A program made the position numbers and the translations under genes. Source: Hydrurus foetidus (Eukaryota). Taken from it: DNA of 59,472 nucleotides. The stretch spans positions 1 to 59,472 of the forward strand of contig UYFQ01000483.1 in NCBI GenBank assembly GCA_900617105.1. Direction: 5' to 3'. This document shows positions 46,969 to 59,472 of this stretch, piece after piece. Below the pieces are notes generated by a model. It saw nothing but the letters and a program-made list of their open reading frames with translations, was not told the origin of the DNA and searched no databases. Within the stretch, counting starts at the first letter, position 1, and each line of letters starts with the position of its first letter.

Positions 46969-49797
46969 GCACGATGCGACGGACCTCTACGGACCATCTT
47001 CGTATACACCGTTTGCCATCTCCTTGCTACGGCAGTCAATTCTCACTTGACGCGTATACACATACACATCGGTCACAGGCCGGTTATAAGTACTGCGATA
47101 TCATCACGGACTTATCTACAAGACGCAGTTATCCATGCTTCACGAAAGACCGGGGAGCTGCAGAACTTGTCAAAAGCTTCTCCACCCTCTTCCAATCACA
47201 TCCTGAGTGGAAGCCCTTGCTTCCAGGCGTAGACCGATTCATCAGAGCCGATGCAGAGAAATCTTATCGGTCAGCTGAATAACTTCAATGCCTTCACAAC
47301 TTCGGATATCGACTTGAGCCAACACCACCTCGCGACAAACATGCAAATGGAATCGCAGAACGTGCAGTAGGCGTCTTATCGATGAAGTGCAACATCACCA
47401 TGCAACCTTCAGGGATGTCAGTACCACAGAAGTTCTGGGATCTTGCCTTTGAGTATACATGCATCACCCATGCATTCAATTACCATTCAGCAATCAAGAC
47501 ATCACCGTATCATCTCATCACTGGAAAGCATGTAATCCTCAAGAACCTCAAGGCCTTTTGGAGCTTATGTTGGGTTCACATCGCGCTTGAAGATAGGAAA
47601 GGAAAAATCGGTTTTCCTCGTGCATACAAAGCCAGATTCGTTGGTTACGATTTATCGAGAACGCTCGAGCCTTGTTTTAAGGTCATCGAAATACTACCAA
47701 CCGGAATCTTCGGCAAAATTAGGACAAGTAAGGACGTCATTTTCGACAAAGACAATAATTATAATTACACGGACGAGTACCCATCCGATCTTGACTTTTC
47801 TAATTTACACCAGAATATCAATAACGATATCTCTGCAGTCCTACCAGCTAACAAGGTAGTTGAAAAAGATTCTGAACAACAACTAGCAACTCCAGCTATT
47901 CCAATACACCCTGTACATGTAATACCTTGCACTATTCAGAATCGAACTCCTGAAAATCCTATTCCAGCGAAAATACATCCAAATGTCATTAACAATAACA
48001 AAATTGTTAATAAATCTGGATCGACTAATATCAAATCAACAAAACAGAATATACCGTTTGATCCAACACCAATTAGAGATACAAATAACAAATCCGACAT
48101 CGATGATAATGACATTGGTATTAATACACCAATTCAAAACATTGAAAATGACGATGCTGTTTACTGGTACTCTACTCATGTTAGAAATCACGAACATTTT
48201 CTCTCATTGATTGAAGCAAGTCATCACGAAAAACTCTTCATCAATTTCGATCAACTCAATGTGCCAAAATCATTCTGGAAAGCTATGGCTATACCTGAAT
48301 GGAAAAACGCAATAGATACTGAATTAAAGAAATTCGAGAAGAACTCATGTTTACATGTAGTACCATATATTGACCAACACCTGGTACCAATGATGTGGCT
48401 TTTTGGTATAAAAACCGACGGTACGAAAAATGCCCGTTTAGTGGGACGGGGAGATATGATGATACCACTCGTGGACTTCGACCCCGACGCCGTATACTGC
48501 GGAAATGTATCATCGTGTTCCATCAAAGTGGCACTAAGCATTGCAGCAGCATATGGACTAGTAATGAAAGGAGGTGACCTCATTGGTGCTTACCTCATTA
48601 CAAGAGCAAATGTTAACTTCCCGGTGCACATAAAGACACCGCAGGGATACACTTGCCCACCCGGTTTCTGCTTTCAGGCTGTCGGCAATCTTTATGGATT
48701 CCCACCTGCAGGGCAAAACTTTTCCATAGAGTTCGATATTTGTATCTTCGAGTGTGGTTACAAGAACACACCCTGGGACCTCAAGTTCTTCTTTAAATGG
48801 ACCACAGATGGTAGACCCATGCTTATCATCGCTCACAGTGATGACTTCAGATGGTTTGGTCCTTCGGACAAACTTGATGAATGGGATCTGATTATCGCCA
48901 CCTTCAATGCACACAAGTATGAAGTCACTGATGCAACTGACAAGGAGTTCGTTGGTATTCGTATTCAGCGTGATGAAGATGGCACATATTATATGGATCA
49001 ACATCGCATGATTGATTCAATAATAAAAGAGGCTAATATATCTGGTGCGAAGGACATGCACTTACCATACCCGACTGGGGACCAAGAACCTGCATTGTCA
49101 AAACTAGACAACGCTTCTACCCCTGAGGAACGTATGCAGTGTATGAAGTACCCGTACAGGAGGGTCGTGGGTCAACTAATGTACGGTATGGTACATACCA
49201 TGGTCGGCATTCTGTATGCACTCAATGTACTATCCCGCTATGGTAACAACCCAGGTCCCAGACATATTAAATTCCTCAAACACTTATTGCAGTACTGCAA
49301 GTACGCACGAAGTGATCGACTAGTGTTCCATGGACACGATGGACCCAGAGACATCGAGACTATGACAACGCTACTTCAACTCCGGTTTCAATGCGATGCA
49401 GATTTGGGTGGTAATCCCGACAATAGCCACTCCCAGACTGCATACCTTGGATACCTCGGCCGTAACCTTATCTGCTGGTGTTCCACCGACCAAGGCAGCA
49501 TATCAACATCAACGGCAGAGTCGGAAATCAAGGCTGTCAACCATACACTCAAAGCAGAGGTCATAGCCAACAGAGGCATCCTAAACATGATGGGATGGGT
49601 CCAAGGTCCAACCTCTACTGAAGAAGACAACCAAGCCTGTATATACCATTCTAAGGCAGCACACATGACACGCAAGCTAAGGCACCTCGACCTCACCGAA
49701 AACTGGGTCAAAGAGAAGGTTGCTGATGGTACTTGCGTAGTTGTTAAAGTTAAATCGTGCGATAATAATTCAGATATTGGTACAAACAGAGTTTCTC
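46969..49797 (+). pseudogene. pol: copia B integrase core-RT-RNase H (in-frame TAA at 47280; cut by copia C)
   Basis: FSLDAY, RADAEKSY, NGIAER, AHSDDF, CDADLGG, STAESE. Confidence 0.95.
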
Positions 49798-50313
49798 TGT
49801 CGGTATATAACAGCGATAAGTGCTAGTTATAGCTGTATATTACCATTTGTATAATCAACAATTAGCATGATAGGATATCACAAGTAAACACACTTTGTAG
49901 ATTGTTATTGGTGTGCAATGTGCACCAAGTCGCTTCCTCAATGCCAATTCGTATCACGTATATTGCCATTGTTACACCATAATAACCACAGCTGTATAGT
50001 ATTTATCCGGTACTTGGTACCAAAAGTCTAGCTTTTAGTACAAACGTCATATTTACAGTTGAGTAGCTACTATCTCGCCTATACAACAACGTAGATGCAA
50101 ATCTACGAGAGCCAGTCAAATTGCATGCGCATGACGATTGAGATCTTATTATTGTACGGCAGGTAGAAATGATGTGCAACATGATTTTATGCTTTGTGGC
50201 CTCCGTGCCAGTTTCTAATTCTTAAATCGAATTTACTAACCAAACCTCTCAACCTTCGTTTGGCCATTTGCAATATGTCCTCCCGACCTCGTGCCATCCC
50301 ATGGCAACTCACA
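49798..50313 (+). repeat. 5' LTR of copia C (single copy in window)
   Basis: TG...CA bounded by host junction and PBS. Confidence 0.85.
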
Positions 50314-50374
50314 TGGTAGCGATTGAAGACTTAAAGACTTCAAAGTTAGATTTAATGAGCCTCCGCCCAAGTTT

Positions 50375-53300
50375 TTGATGGCGAAAGGAAAGAAAGGCCC
50401 GGGGCCATTTACATCAGAAGATGATGAGGAGCCACCGCCGCCCACTATTGAACAACTAATACCTACTCTCCCTCTGACTCCTGCATTAGGAATTGAGGAG
50501 CCTCCCATCGGTGTTGTAATCGATGAGGAAAGCCCTCAATTCCGGGCAGCTTTAGATAGAAGAATCGCCCAAATCCAGTTGTTAAGAGATGAGCGCCCGA
50601 TTATAGATAACCCGTTAGGGTTAATCGACATCGCGCCAAGGGTGGATCTGCCGTTAGGCGATCAACCCTCATCTAGGAACACTGAGACTAGAGCGATTCT
50701 TACAAACCTCCGTCCGTCAAGTCCGTCTAGTCCTGTACCGTCCGATAATGAATCGTCCATTAGTAGTAGCAAAATTTCTAGTAGATTGAATTACGGGGGA
50801 AACCCTCGCAAAAATTTTTCGAGCGATTCCTCAATAACGATAATAAAGGGTCGAAAGGACTCGAATAAGAACAACAATACCAAAATCGGATCAACGCCGA
50901 AGCAGTCAGAATTTTGGGATAAGGATAGCAGCAGTAGTGACGATGAACAAACAAATAAATATTCGAAGAAGAAACCATGTGAAAAGATGGTCAAACGAAT
51001 ACATTACCAACGAAATTCAACGGTGCTAATATCAGAAATATCGAAATATATCATTGACATCAATACGCCAGACAAATTTCACCGTCTGCGTATGATACAT
51101 TCGGTACTATCAACAACGGGGCTACTTACCCTTATTGAAGGTCATCGTACCGAGCCAATAATGACAGAAGAAAATATTCATGGGTTCTCAATTAGAAAAA
51201 TTATATTAGTTCCTAGAGTTGAATATGAAGATGAGACATCAATTGACTCACTCTCCTCGGAGCCAATTATTGAAAGAGTAGTTCTCGAAGAAGATGATGC
51301 ATTCCACTATATTCATGATAATGATAGACTATTTTCTCTAGTTTACATTATGTTTTCAAAAACTTTGCATCATAATATATCTATAATACATCAAAAGTTA
51401 CGAAATGGAATTGCATCTTATCGAGAAATGATCAGCTACATCTTCGGTCAAAAGCAACAGGACGTGAAATTCGCAAGAAAAGCGTTGGACACGTACCAAA
51501 TAAATCCAAGTGTTCATTTTAGATTAGAATACTCTAAATGGGAACAATTATTCTCTAATCTAGAACACGCACAGAGTAGAATGATGACTGACGTCGAGAA
51601 AATGGCTTGGGTATCAGATCGGTTAGATGCTGACCCAAGACCTAAGATCGCTTCATCATTTGCTGCTTGTGTCGTGAATAACACAAGTTATAATGAGTCG
51701 ATGGGAATTATGTTGAGAGTTGCAGATGCAATGCCGCCTGAAACAGCGGTCATTCGCATGGCAAGTGTCACATCTTTTCCTGAAACGTCAAGTAGCTCTG
51801 AATATTCTCTGTATCAAAATACAATTCAAAATCAGTCTCAAGCGAAATTAAATCAATATCAATCTTTGTCAAATCCGCCGCAAAATCCGGGTAAACAAAC
51901 ACAATATAATCCAGCTTATAATTATGATATTAATAACAAAAATAAAATTCAAGATGCTAGATCCTTACCTGACAATACTGGAGAAAGCAAAAGACCGGTT
52001 AAGAATGGTGGTTATTGTTTTGGATTTCAAAAAGGAACTTGTAATAGACCAACATGCAAATACAAGCATGAAATGAATCCAGACAATGAAAATAAAATCC
52101 AACAACCTCAACCAAATACAATTCCTTATAAAAAGTCAGTACAATTTGACTTAAGTCAGGCACAAATTGACTCAGTAGGACCGAAAGGTTGGTGATCCGA
52201 ATGTACGGGGTGGATATTCAAAAGCGCAAATTAAAAGATTAAATTGGATGCGATCTCAAGATACTGAAACTGAACATCAGGTGCGTGCATTCTCAAGTTG
52301 GGGTAACCCTTCTGCACCACCTTATCAGTCAAATGAAGAAAAACACAATACCTTAATGCGAGTGCGAATAACACCAAATGATCAGAGAATAATAAAAACT
52401 GATAGGCAAAATCAAGAATATAAAAATAAAATTTACAATGGAAAAATGAATCAAAATGAAATGAAAAGTCATCAAAGATCTCTACTCCAGAATGTACAAA
52501 ATAATTATTCTGCATGCTCTATTCCCCAAAGGGCAATCAATGCCGCAATACTATTAGCCGAACAATACTATTTGTTTCATTTATATGTAATGGAATATAA
52601 TAGAAATGATCCTGCAACAACAATAGTTCCTTATATCTTTTTATTCAAAAACAAAAGAACAATCAAGGACAATCAAGAAAGAGCAAATCAGTACACTGAT
52701 CTTTTTGGGTGGCATAAAAATCCATCTACTACACGTAGAAAGGATATACGCACTCCAACAGTTAAATGGATGCACCTGATGTATCAGATAGGAGCTACAC
52801 TATTACAAGCATGTATAGTTCTCCCTCCTGCTGATGAAAAGGCCGGACCTCAACACTTTATGAAATTCAATCCATACTGTATTGACGGGGTGACGGAAAA
52901 ATACATTCCCTCAACGAGACCAGGACACTATTGGTCTCAAATGACTTGTGTTAGTGAATATGCGGAAGTAATAAAACGTCTTGATCAATATACACAATAC
53001 AATGAAGTAATTAATAATACATTATTCATTGATACAGTTTTGCACGCAATCATATTCGACTTTGTCGCATTTGCGGGACAACATGTTGGATATTACCACG
53101 AGAAATCAAATCTGGATAAAGAAGACTTATTAAGAAGATCATTGAAAATGGATATACTTAAAGAAAATGATCCATCGTTTGTTGTGTTTGGAATCAGAGA
53201 TGCATTCTTAGTAATAGCAAGATTAGTAAGACCAATTAGTGACTTGGTAAAAAGAACATTGTCATCAACATTAACAAATGAATTGGATGAATTAATACAC

Positions 53301-56300
53301 TCCCATCAAACATCAAAAGACGTGGTAAAAGAACCAATAATAACAGTCTTATATGACAGAGCTCAATCACCGATTTTTGATGTAGATGTAGTAACAAGAA
53401 CAACAGAAGAATTGTCTCCAATTTATATACATACATCAGATCAAAGTGATACTGAATCAAGTGATATGTCATATGATAGAGTTGATATTCCTGATAGTCC
53501 AATATCAATGGAATCTGTTAAATCACCTCCATTTAGTATTGAAACACCCAAATACATTGAATATGTTGGCGGTGTAAGAATTGTAGACTATGATAAGCTT
53601 GGAAAATACAGAAACTTAAAAGGTTATGATGTAAATCAACCTGAACCAGAACCAGAAATAGATAGTAATGTAAATGAAGGTGAAGAACATGTAGTATATA
53701 AAGATGCAATAACAGAATTTGAAAAAGATATTAGTGATGATGATGATGAAAATGCGAATGAAAATGTGGAAGAAAGACAACTTAGATATAAAAATAAATT
53801 TGAAAGTTTAGTAAAAGAACATGATTCCAAAAGATTAAAGTTAAATGAATCTGAAGATAATGACAATATGAACGAATCAAATGAAAATGAAAGTCCTGAT
53901 ATTCAACCAATAGAAAAACAATTGAAATCTCTAAGAATAAATCATAATATTAAATCAATGAAAATGCAAGGGCAAATAATATTCGACTCTGGTGCGTCAA
54001 CATGTGCCACATCTGATCCTACACTACTCCGTCACATAATATATGGTCAGGGTATCAAAGCAACTCCAGCTTTCGGTCCCGCCATAGAATCAAAAGCGAC
54101 AGGACTATATGGACCATTGGGTCTCGACATTATACTTATGGAAGGGATGAAAGAAACATTAATTTCAATCTCCCAACTATGTAATGGCGGACTATCTGGA
54201 TCACAAAATGTTGTTATCTTTACATCAGAAGGAATGAGATGTTTTTCAATAGAATCTATTAGAGAAGCATTGGCATTAATAGATAAATTAGGAATTGAAA
54301 TTATTCGTGGTTACATATCAAATGGTGTATATGTATATAATCAAAATGAAGAAAAAGTAATCAATAAAGTTGTTAGTAACAAAGACATAGTTCAAACAAC
54401 ACCTTCTCCTAGTTGTAAAGAAACAATAATAAAAACAAATATTCCAGCAACTTTATATTTGACACAATTTAAACCCGTGTCCTTATATGACCACGTACAC
54501 ATGGTGACCGGACATCCCGGAAATATTGGAATGTTATGGCATCTAAAGAATTCTACAAATGCAAAATTTACTGAAGAAGATGCAAATAAACAACGCGGTC
54601 CATGCAAAGGTTGCGTATATGGCACCATGCATCAAACTGGGACTGATCACAGAAGAGAACATAGAGATCTTCCTGTTAAACCAGGACAATGTTTCTCTCT
54701 GGATGCATACCAGCACAATTGCTATTCCGCAAGAGGATATAAGCATTGTGATATTTATACGGATTTAGCAACGCGTCGTTGTTATCCGGTTTATACAAAA
54801 GATAGGTCAGCTCATGAACTATGTGCTCAGAGTTTAAAATTATTTAATCAACACCCTGAATGGCAGTATGTCCATGATACCGATACTCGTCGGTTCATTC
54901 GACTTGACCCTGAAAGAAATTATAGATCAAATGAATTCTCAGCATTTGTTAGTTCAAAAGGATATCAACTTGAACGCACACCATCAAGAGACAAACATGC
55001 TGGTGGTGTAGCTGAAAGAGCTGTAGGAGTAATTGTAGCAAAAACAAATGTTGCAATGCTTAGCCCAGACAATCCAGTCCCTCAAATATATTGGGATTTG
55101 GCAATGACATATGCTTGCGACACTGCATCGTATAATTTCTCAAAAGTAATAGGAACATCCCCATATATGAAAATAACGGGACAACCAATTAATATAAAAT
55201 ATTTACAACCTTTTTGGTCTTCATGCTATGTATTCATACCTCTAGCTGAACGTGTCAAATTAGGTGCAAGAAGAGCGTATAAAGCTAAGTTTTGTGGTTA
55301 CTCAAATACATTCCTTCTTTTTCCTAACTACTTCGTAATTCCATATGAAAATGGTAAATATGGACGAATCCGTGAAAGTAAAGATGTAATATTTGACCCA
55401 ACAATAGACTTTAGTATATACACAAATGATGAAGAACCGTACGATCGTGAATTCGTATACACAGATCATTATGTACCATTCTTACATCGAAAAACAGCAC
55501 CCGATGAACTCCAGGGAGAATTGGCTCAACCATATGTTGAACCAGCTGGAGAAACATTCGAACCTGATTTCCCGGAAAGAGCAGATGTCTTAGCAGAACA
55601 AAATAGAAATGAACCTATTCCTTTTGAAGACACGAATGAAAATAATATTAATATAGTCAATATGCCATACACAGATGAAAATAATGATCCTGTATATTGG
55701 TATAATATGAATGTACGAAATGAAGAATACGCTCTAAGTATGTGCGAGACACAACACTACTCGAAATTAGGTGTACCAATAGATCCTCGTGTACCAAAAT
55801 GCTTTAAACAAGCAGTACATATTCCAGCGTGGAAAGCTGCAATAGACAAGGAATGTGAAAAATTTGACAAAAATGATTGTTTCACAGTTGTTCCATATAA
55901 TGGACAACAACTCGTATCAATGATGTGGCTATTCAACATCAAAACTGATGGCACACTGAAAGCGCGCCTTGTAGCACGGGGTGATTTAATGAAGCCATAC
56001 GTCCACTACCATCCAAATGATGTGTATTGTGGCAATGTATCAGCAACATCAATCAAAATAGCCGTAGCTATTGCTGCTGCATATAAATGCACAATGCGGG
56101 GTGGAGATTTGGAAGGTGCTTATTTAGTTACAAGAGCAAATGAAGCTTATCCAATATTCATTAAGACTCCAGAAGGATACAGTATTCCTGAAGGAATGTG
56201 CATCCAATCATTAGGAAATGTATACGGGAATCCCAATTCAGGAAGAAATTTCAGTATTAAGTTAGACGTGTGTGTCAAAGAATGTGGATACAAGAATACT

Positions 56301-56410
56301 CCATGGGATCCAAAACTATTTCACAAATGGAAAGAAGAAAGAATAATAGTTCTAATAGTACATAGCGATGACTTTCGCTGGTTTGGAGATAAGAAAGATT
56401 TAAATGAGTG
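50375..56410 (+). pseudogene. pol: copia C gag-pol polyprotein (frameshift ~52190)
   Basis: CFGFQKGTCNRPTCKYKH, IFDSGAS, HMVTGH..CKGC, FSLDAY, GVAER, VHSDDF. Confidence 0.92.
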
Positions 56411-56926
56411 GGAATATGAAGAAGAAGGAGCTTGGCTATTAGTTGATGGCGGCTATCACAAGTGGAGGTGCCTTCAATGTCCTCTAAAACATTCGGCTAT
56501 TCGTGTGTCTTTGGTGTCTTAAAAGGTAGATTCCGTTGTCTAAAATTACCTATATATTATCATGATAAAGTTACTATTGATAATATGTTTTACTGTTGTT
56601 GTATATTGCATAATATTCTATTACATTTCGACGGTTTAGACGTTAGATGGGGAGAGAACGTAAATTATATAGGACTTGATGGTGATCATGCTCATGAAAA
56701 TATGATTATATTCAGGCAACATTTAAGTAGAGTACGTAATTTGACACCACTTACTGATTATACTCTTATGGGCGCAGTTGCAGTGGAGAATCGTTTTAGA
56801 ATTGTACATGGAGAATGTGATACTGAATATGAATCATCTTACACTACATTACAAAAAAAACTTGTAGATCACTATTTATGGAAATATAAACGAAACCAAA
56901 TTCAATGGCTTAAAAAAAGAAAGTGA
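56411..56926 (+). pseudogene. Harbinger copy 2 transposase C-terminal part (~50-bp deletion near 56502)
   Basis: EYEEEGAWLLVDGGY...CCILHN...QWLKKRK matches copy 1; the RKDVE segment is missing. Confidence 0.93.
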
Positions 56927-57195
56927 CTTCAATTTGAAATGTAACTATGCAGTGACTGAACGTGCTTTCCCATATGATGATTCATTTTTGTAAAAATAAC
57001 ATGGTTTTTTTGAAGGAAAAGTTTTAAATTTTACCAGCGTTATTCCTGTAAATAGAAGGATTTATTCAAGCATTGCAACATCAACGGACTTCTAAAAAAC
57101 AATGATATATCAAAACCAAAAAAAAATATGAAAATAGGTTAGTGATATTTAGTATTTATTTCCTCTTCCTCTTGAGCTTATTATCCTTTTCATAC

Positions 57196-57412
57196 TGTGG
57201 CCTTGCCAGGATCTAGGCACTGGGAGCGGGTCAGCTGGGAGCGGGAGCAAGGGAAAGTCAGCTGGGAGAGCTATTGCTATGGAAACAATGTGGTTAGCTT
57301 ACAGGTAAACACAGCAGGTATCATGGCAATGAATCGGGTGGATCGGATCGTCCTCGATCCGATCCGAACGTACGCCTGTACCCGTACAGCCCGTACGGGT
57401 GTGCGGGTCACA
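57196..57412 (-). repeat. 3' LTR of G3
   Basis: Same termini as G1 LTR; PPT GAGAGAGGGGGG adjacent; 11-bp perfect hairpin 57340-57365. Confidence 0.8.
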
Positions 57413-57620
57413 GTGCCCCCCTCTCTCGAAAGGGGTGTACTAACGACAAAATTCATCATCAAAATACTAACTATGAATAACTAACTAGCTAATTGAATAA
57501 CTATTTCAGACTGAGAACTGAAAGTTCCTTACTGAATAAATCTCCTTAAAATCCCTGAGGATCCAATTTAGGAGGAATCTTTATGATTTAGTTGATCAAT
57601 TTTTATTTTATTTTTACCGG

Positions 57621-59472
57621 TTAACGGTAGTTTGCGATGAATTCGCGTGGTATTAAGTGTTTGAGGTTCTTTTTGATTAAGAACTCATGTACTTTTTGCG
57701 CTTTACGCATGTGTGTCCACGGTTCCCATGTATTGTGTTCATGGGTGTAGTTGAGCCATTTCACATGAAATGTGAGTGATTTGTATGCTCTTATGTTTCC
57801 TTTCATGTCTAGGATTTCCTCTATGAAGAATTCCAGATAATCTCTACGAGCAATGTCAGTTGGATCGACATGCGTAGGATCAAAGTGAAACGGTTTTAGT
57901 TGGGTCATGTGGTACAACTTTTCTTTGTGTGTTACCAGATCGAGTAATGTATACTCTGCGAAGTTATGGCTGACAACTCGCATTGGGCCGCGCCACAGTG
58001 TGTGCATGCGCGTTTCTGGTGATGTTCTTTGTTGGACAAGTACAAATGTGTCGACTCCGAACTGTGTGACGTTGGGAGGTTGTTGTGCATTGTGCAAGTC
58101 GTCGGATTCTTTGAGTAGACGTGCGGTGATTTCGATGAGTTCATCTTGCAACGTTAACATTTTATCAGTTGACCGTGTGAGTGAGTCGAAATCTAAATCA
58201 ATTTCATCTCTCGGAAGGAGGATGTTTGCGTCGAGGTCGATCGCGTTGCCATAGATGAGTTGTGCTGGAGACACTTTCATCCGGTCATTTACGGTTGAAT
58301 TTAGTATTCTTTGTACAAACGGTAATATTTCCGCGTAGTTTTCCGTAGTTGCGCGTTCGTATGCGTACGCGGTTATATGGCGATTGATTTCTTTGTTGAT
58401 TCGCTCGACGATAGCGTTTTCTTCTGAACAGTATGGTAATATTTTGTTGTGTGTTGTTCCAACAATCTTCACAAACTCATCTATGATGTGGCTTGCGAAG
58501 TGGGGTCCATTATCTGATCGAAGTATACATGGTGAGCCGTAGCGTCCCACGTGTTCTACAAGTGCTGTGCACGCTGATTTGGCTGTTGCATCAGGTGTTG
58601 CGTAGAGTTCGACAAACCTTGAGAAGGTGTCGATCATAACAAGGATATATCCTTTATCGGGAAATGGACCAATGAAGTCTATGTTAAGGCATTCCATTGG
58701 TTTGTAGGTTGAGGTTGTGTACCGGTATGCGTTGATGGGATATTTCATTGCCGACATCTTTGGCAACACGGACAATTTTTAATGAATGTTTTTACTGCGT
58801 CACGCATTCCCAGCCATATGTTATTTGTTTTCTTTAAATTACGCAGTGTGCGTTGTACACCACCATGTCCGACTATCGTGTTGTGGCACGTTGCAATTAG
58901 GTTATATTGCTCTGTCGTTATTGGTTTGTGTGTCAGAATTGCTGCTATTATTCCTGTTTTAGGAGGCATTCTGTTTTTACATAGGCGAGACATTGCGTCA
59001 GCAATTTCATTTTGTTTTCCCGGGATGTACCCTATCGTATATTCTAGTTCCTGCAGGGCCATACGCCATCTGCCGACCATCTCGTTTTTATCCTTTTCTA
59101 GGAACGTAAGATTTTTGTGGTCTGTTAGGATTGTGAATTTACGGTCTCGTAGCAGTGCGTCGAGATAAGTACAGCAATAATATAGCGCGAAGGCTTCTTT
59201 TTGTATTACTGACCATTTCAGTTGAGTCTTGGTAAGAGACTTGCTTACGAGAGCGACGAGTTGTTTTTCTCCGTCGACTTCTTGATACAAATAGCCGCCG
59301 ATCCCGTAATCTGACGCATCGGTCATGAGGGTAATGGGCGCTGTATCGTGTATGAAATATAATAAAGGACTCTTTGCAATTAGATCTTTTATCTTTTGAA
59401 AAGAATTTGCGGCGTCATCTGTCCAGATTAGCATTGATTGCTTTTTCGCGGCGTGATCTATAATTTTGTGCA
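57621..59472 (-). CDS. pol: G3 pol: RNase H, integrase, chromodomain (1-nt frameshift ~58762)
   Basis: TDASDYG, ADAMSR, GHGG..CPCC, IDFIGP, SDNG, VERIN, WRGP, VKWLNY..NTWEP. Confidence 0.95.

Larger units (their letters stand above)
34541..49797 (+). mobile_element. Ty1/copia family B element (3' end lost), hosting G2 and copia C
   Basis: 5' LTR 34541-35461, PBS TGGTAGCGATTG at 35462, gag-PR-IN-RT-RH. Confidence 0.95.
49798..56410 (+). mobile_element. Ty1/copia family C element, truncated within RT
   Basis: Begins TGTCGG where copia B similarity stops; CA + PBS TGGTAGCGATTG at 50314; gag-PR-IN-RT. Confidence 0.92.
22313..57195 (+). mobile_element. Inverted, fragmented Harbinger copy 2 (pieces 22313-22468, 27068-27694, ~56411-57195)
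   Basis: Each piece is the near-identical reverse complement of part of 20376-22208. Confidence 0.9.
57196..59472 (-). mobile_element. Ty3/gypsy chromovirus G3, 3' part (runs off window)
   Basis: Putative LTR 57196-57412 (TGTGG...TCACA), PPT, RH-IN-chromodomain related to G1. Confidence 0.92.

Overview
Eukaryotic DNA (GT-AG introns, standard code; a protist/alga such as a stramenopile is only an inference) made almost entirely of nested transposons, with no ordinary housekeeping gene. Left to right: 3' end + LTR of a Ty1/copia element (family B, 1-1267); an unassigned block with an intron-containing papain-like protease gene (~2318-3541); a pogo-like DNA transposon with 606-bp TIRs (5321-17942) carrying full-length copia A (7920-16712, TSD TATTC); a PIF/Harbinger element (17991-22312) fused to an inverted second copy (22313-57195). 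That second copy is interrupted by a Sola-type element (22469-27063, TSD ATAT), a stack chromovirus G1 < copia B < (chromovirus G2, copia C) collapsed by a deletion at ~56410, and chromovirus G3 (57196-end). Most notable: (i) a divergent copia lineage (CCCH finger, unrecognised conserved domain before the protease, HSDD RT motif) in which two divergent families have an in-frame, hairpin-embedded TGA at the same codon between protease and integrase, suggesting programmed recoding; (ii) transposon-borne papain-fold, deubiquitinase-like proteases (antisense ORF in G2, spliced transposase-USP fusion in the Sola element); (iii) 12-bp palindromes where the PBS should be in two chromoviruses. All calls are by-eye; no database search was run, and several frameshifts may be homopolymer sequencing errors.
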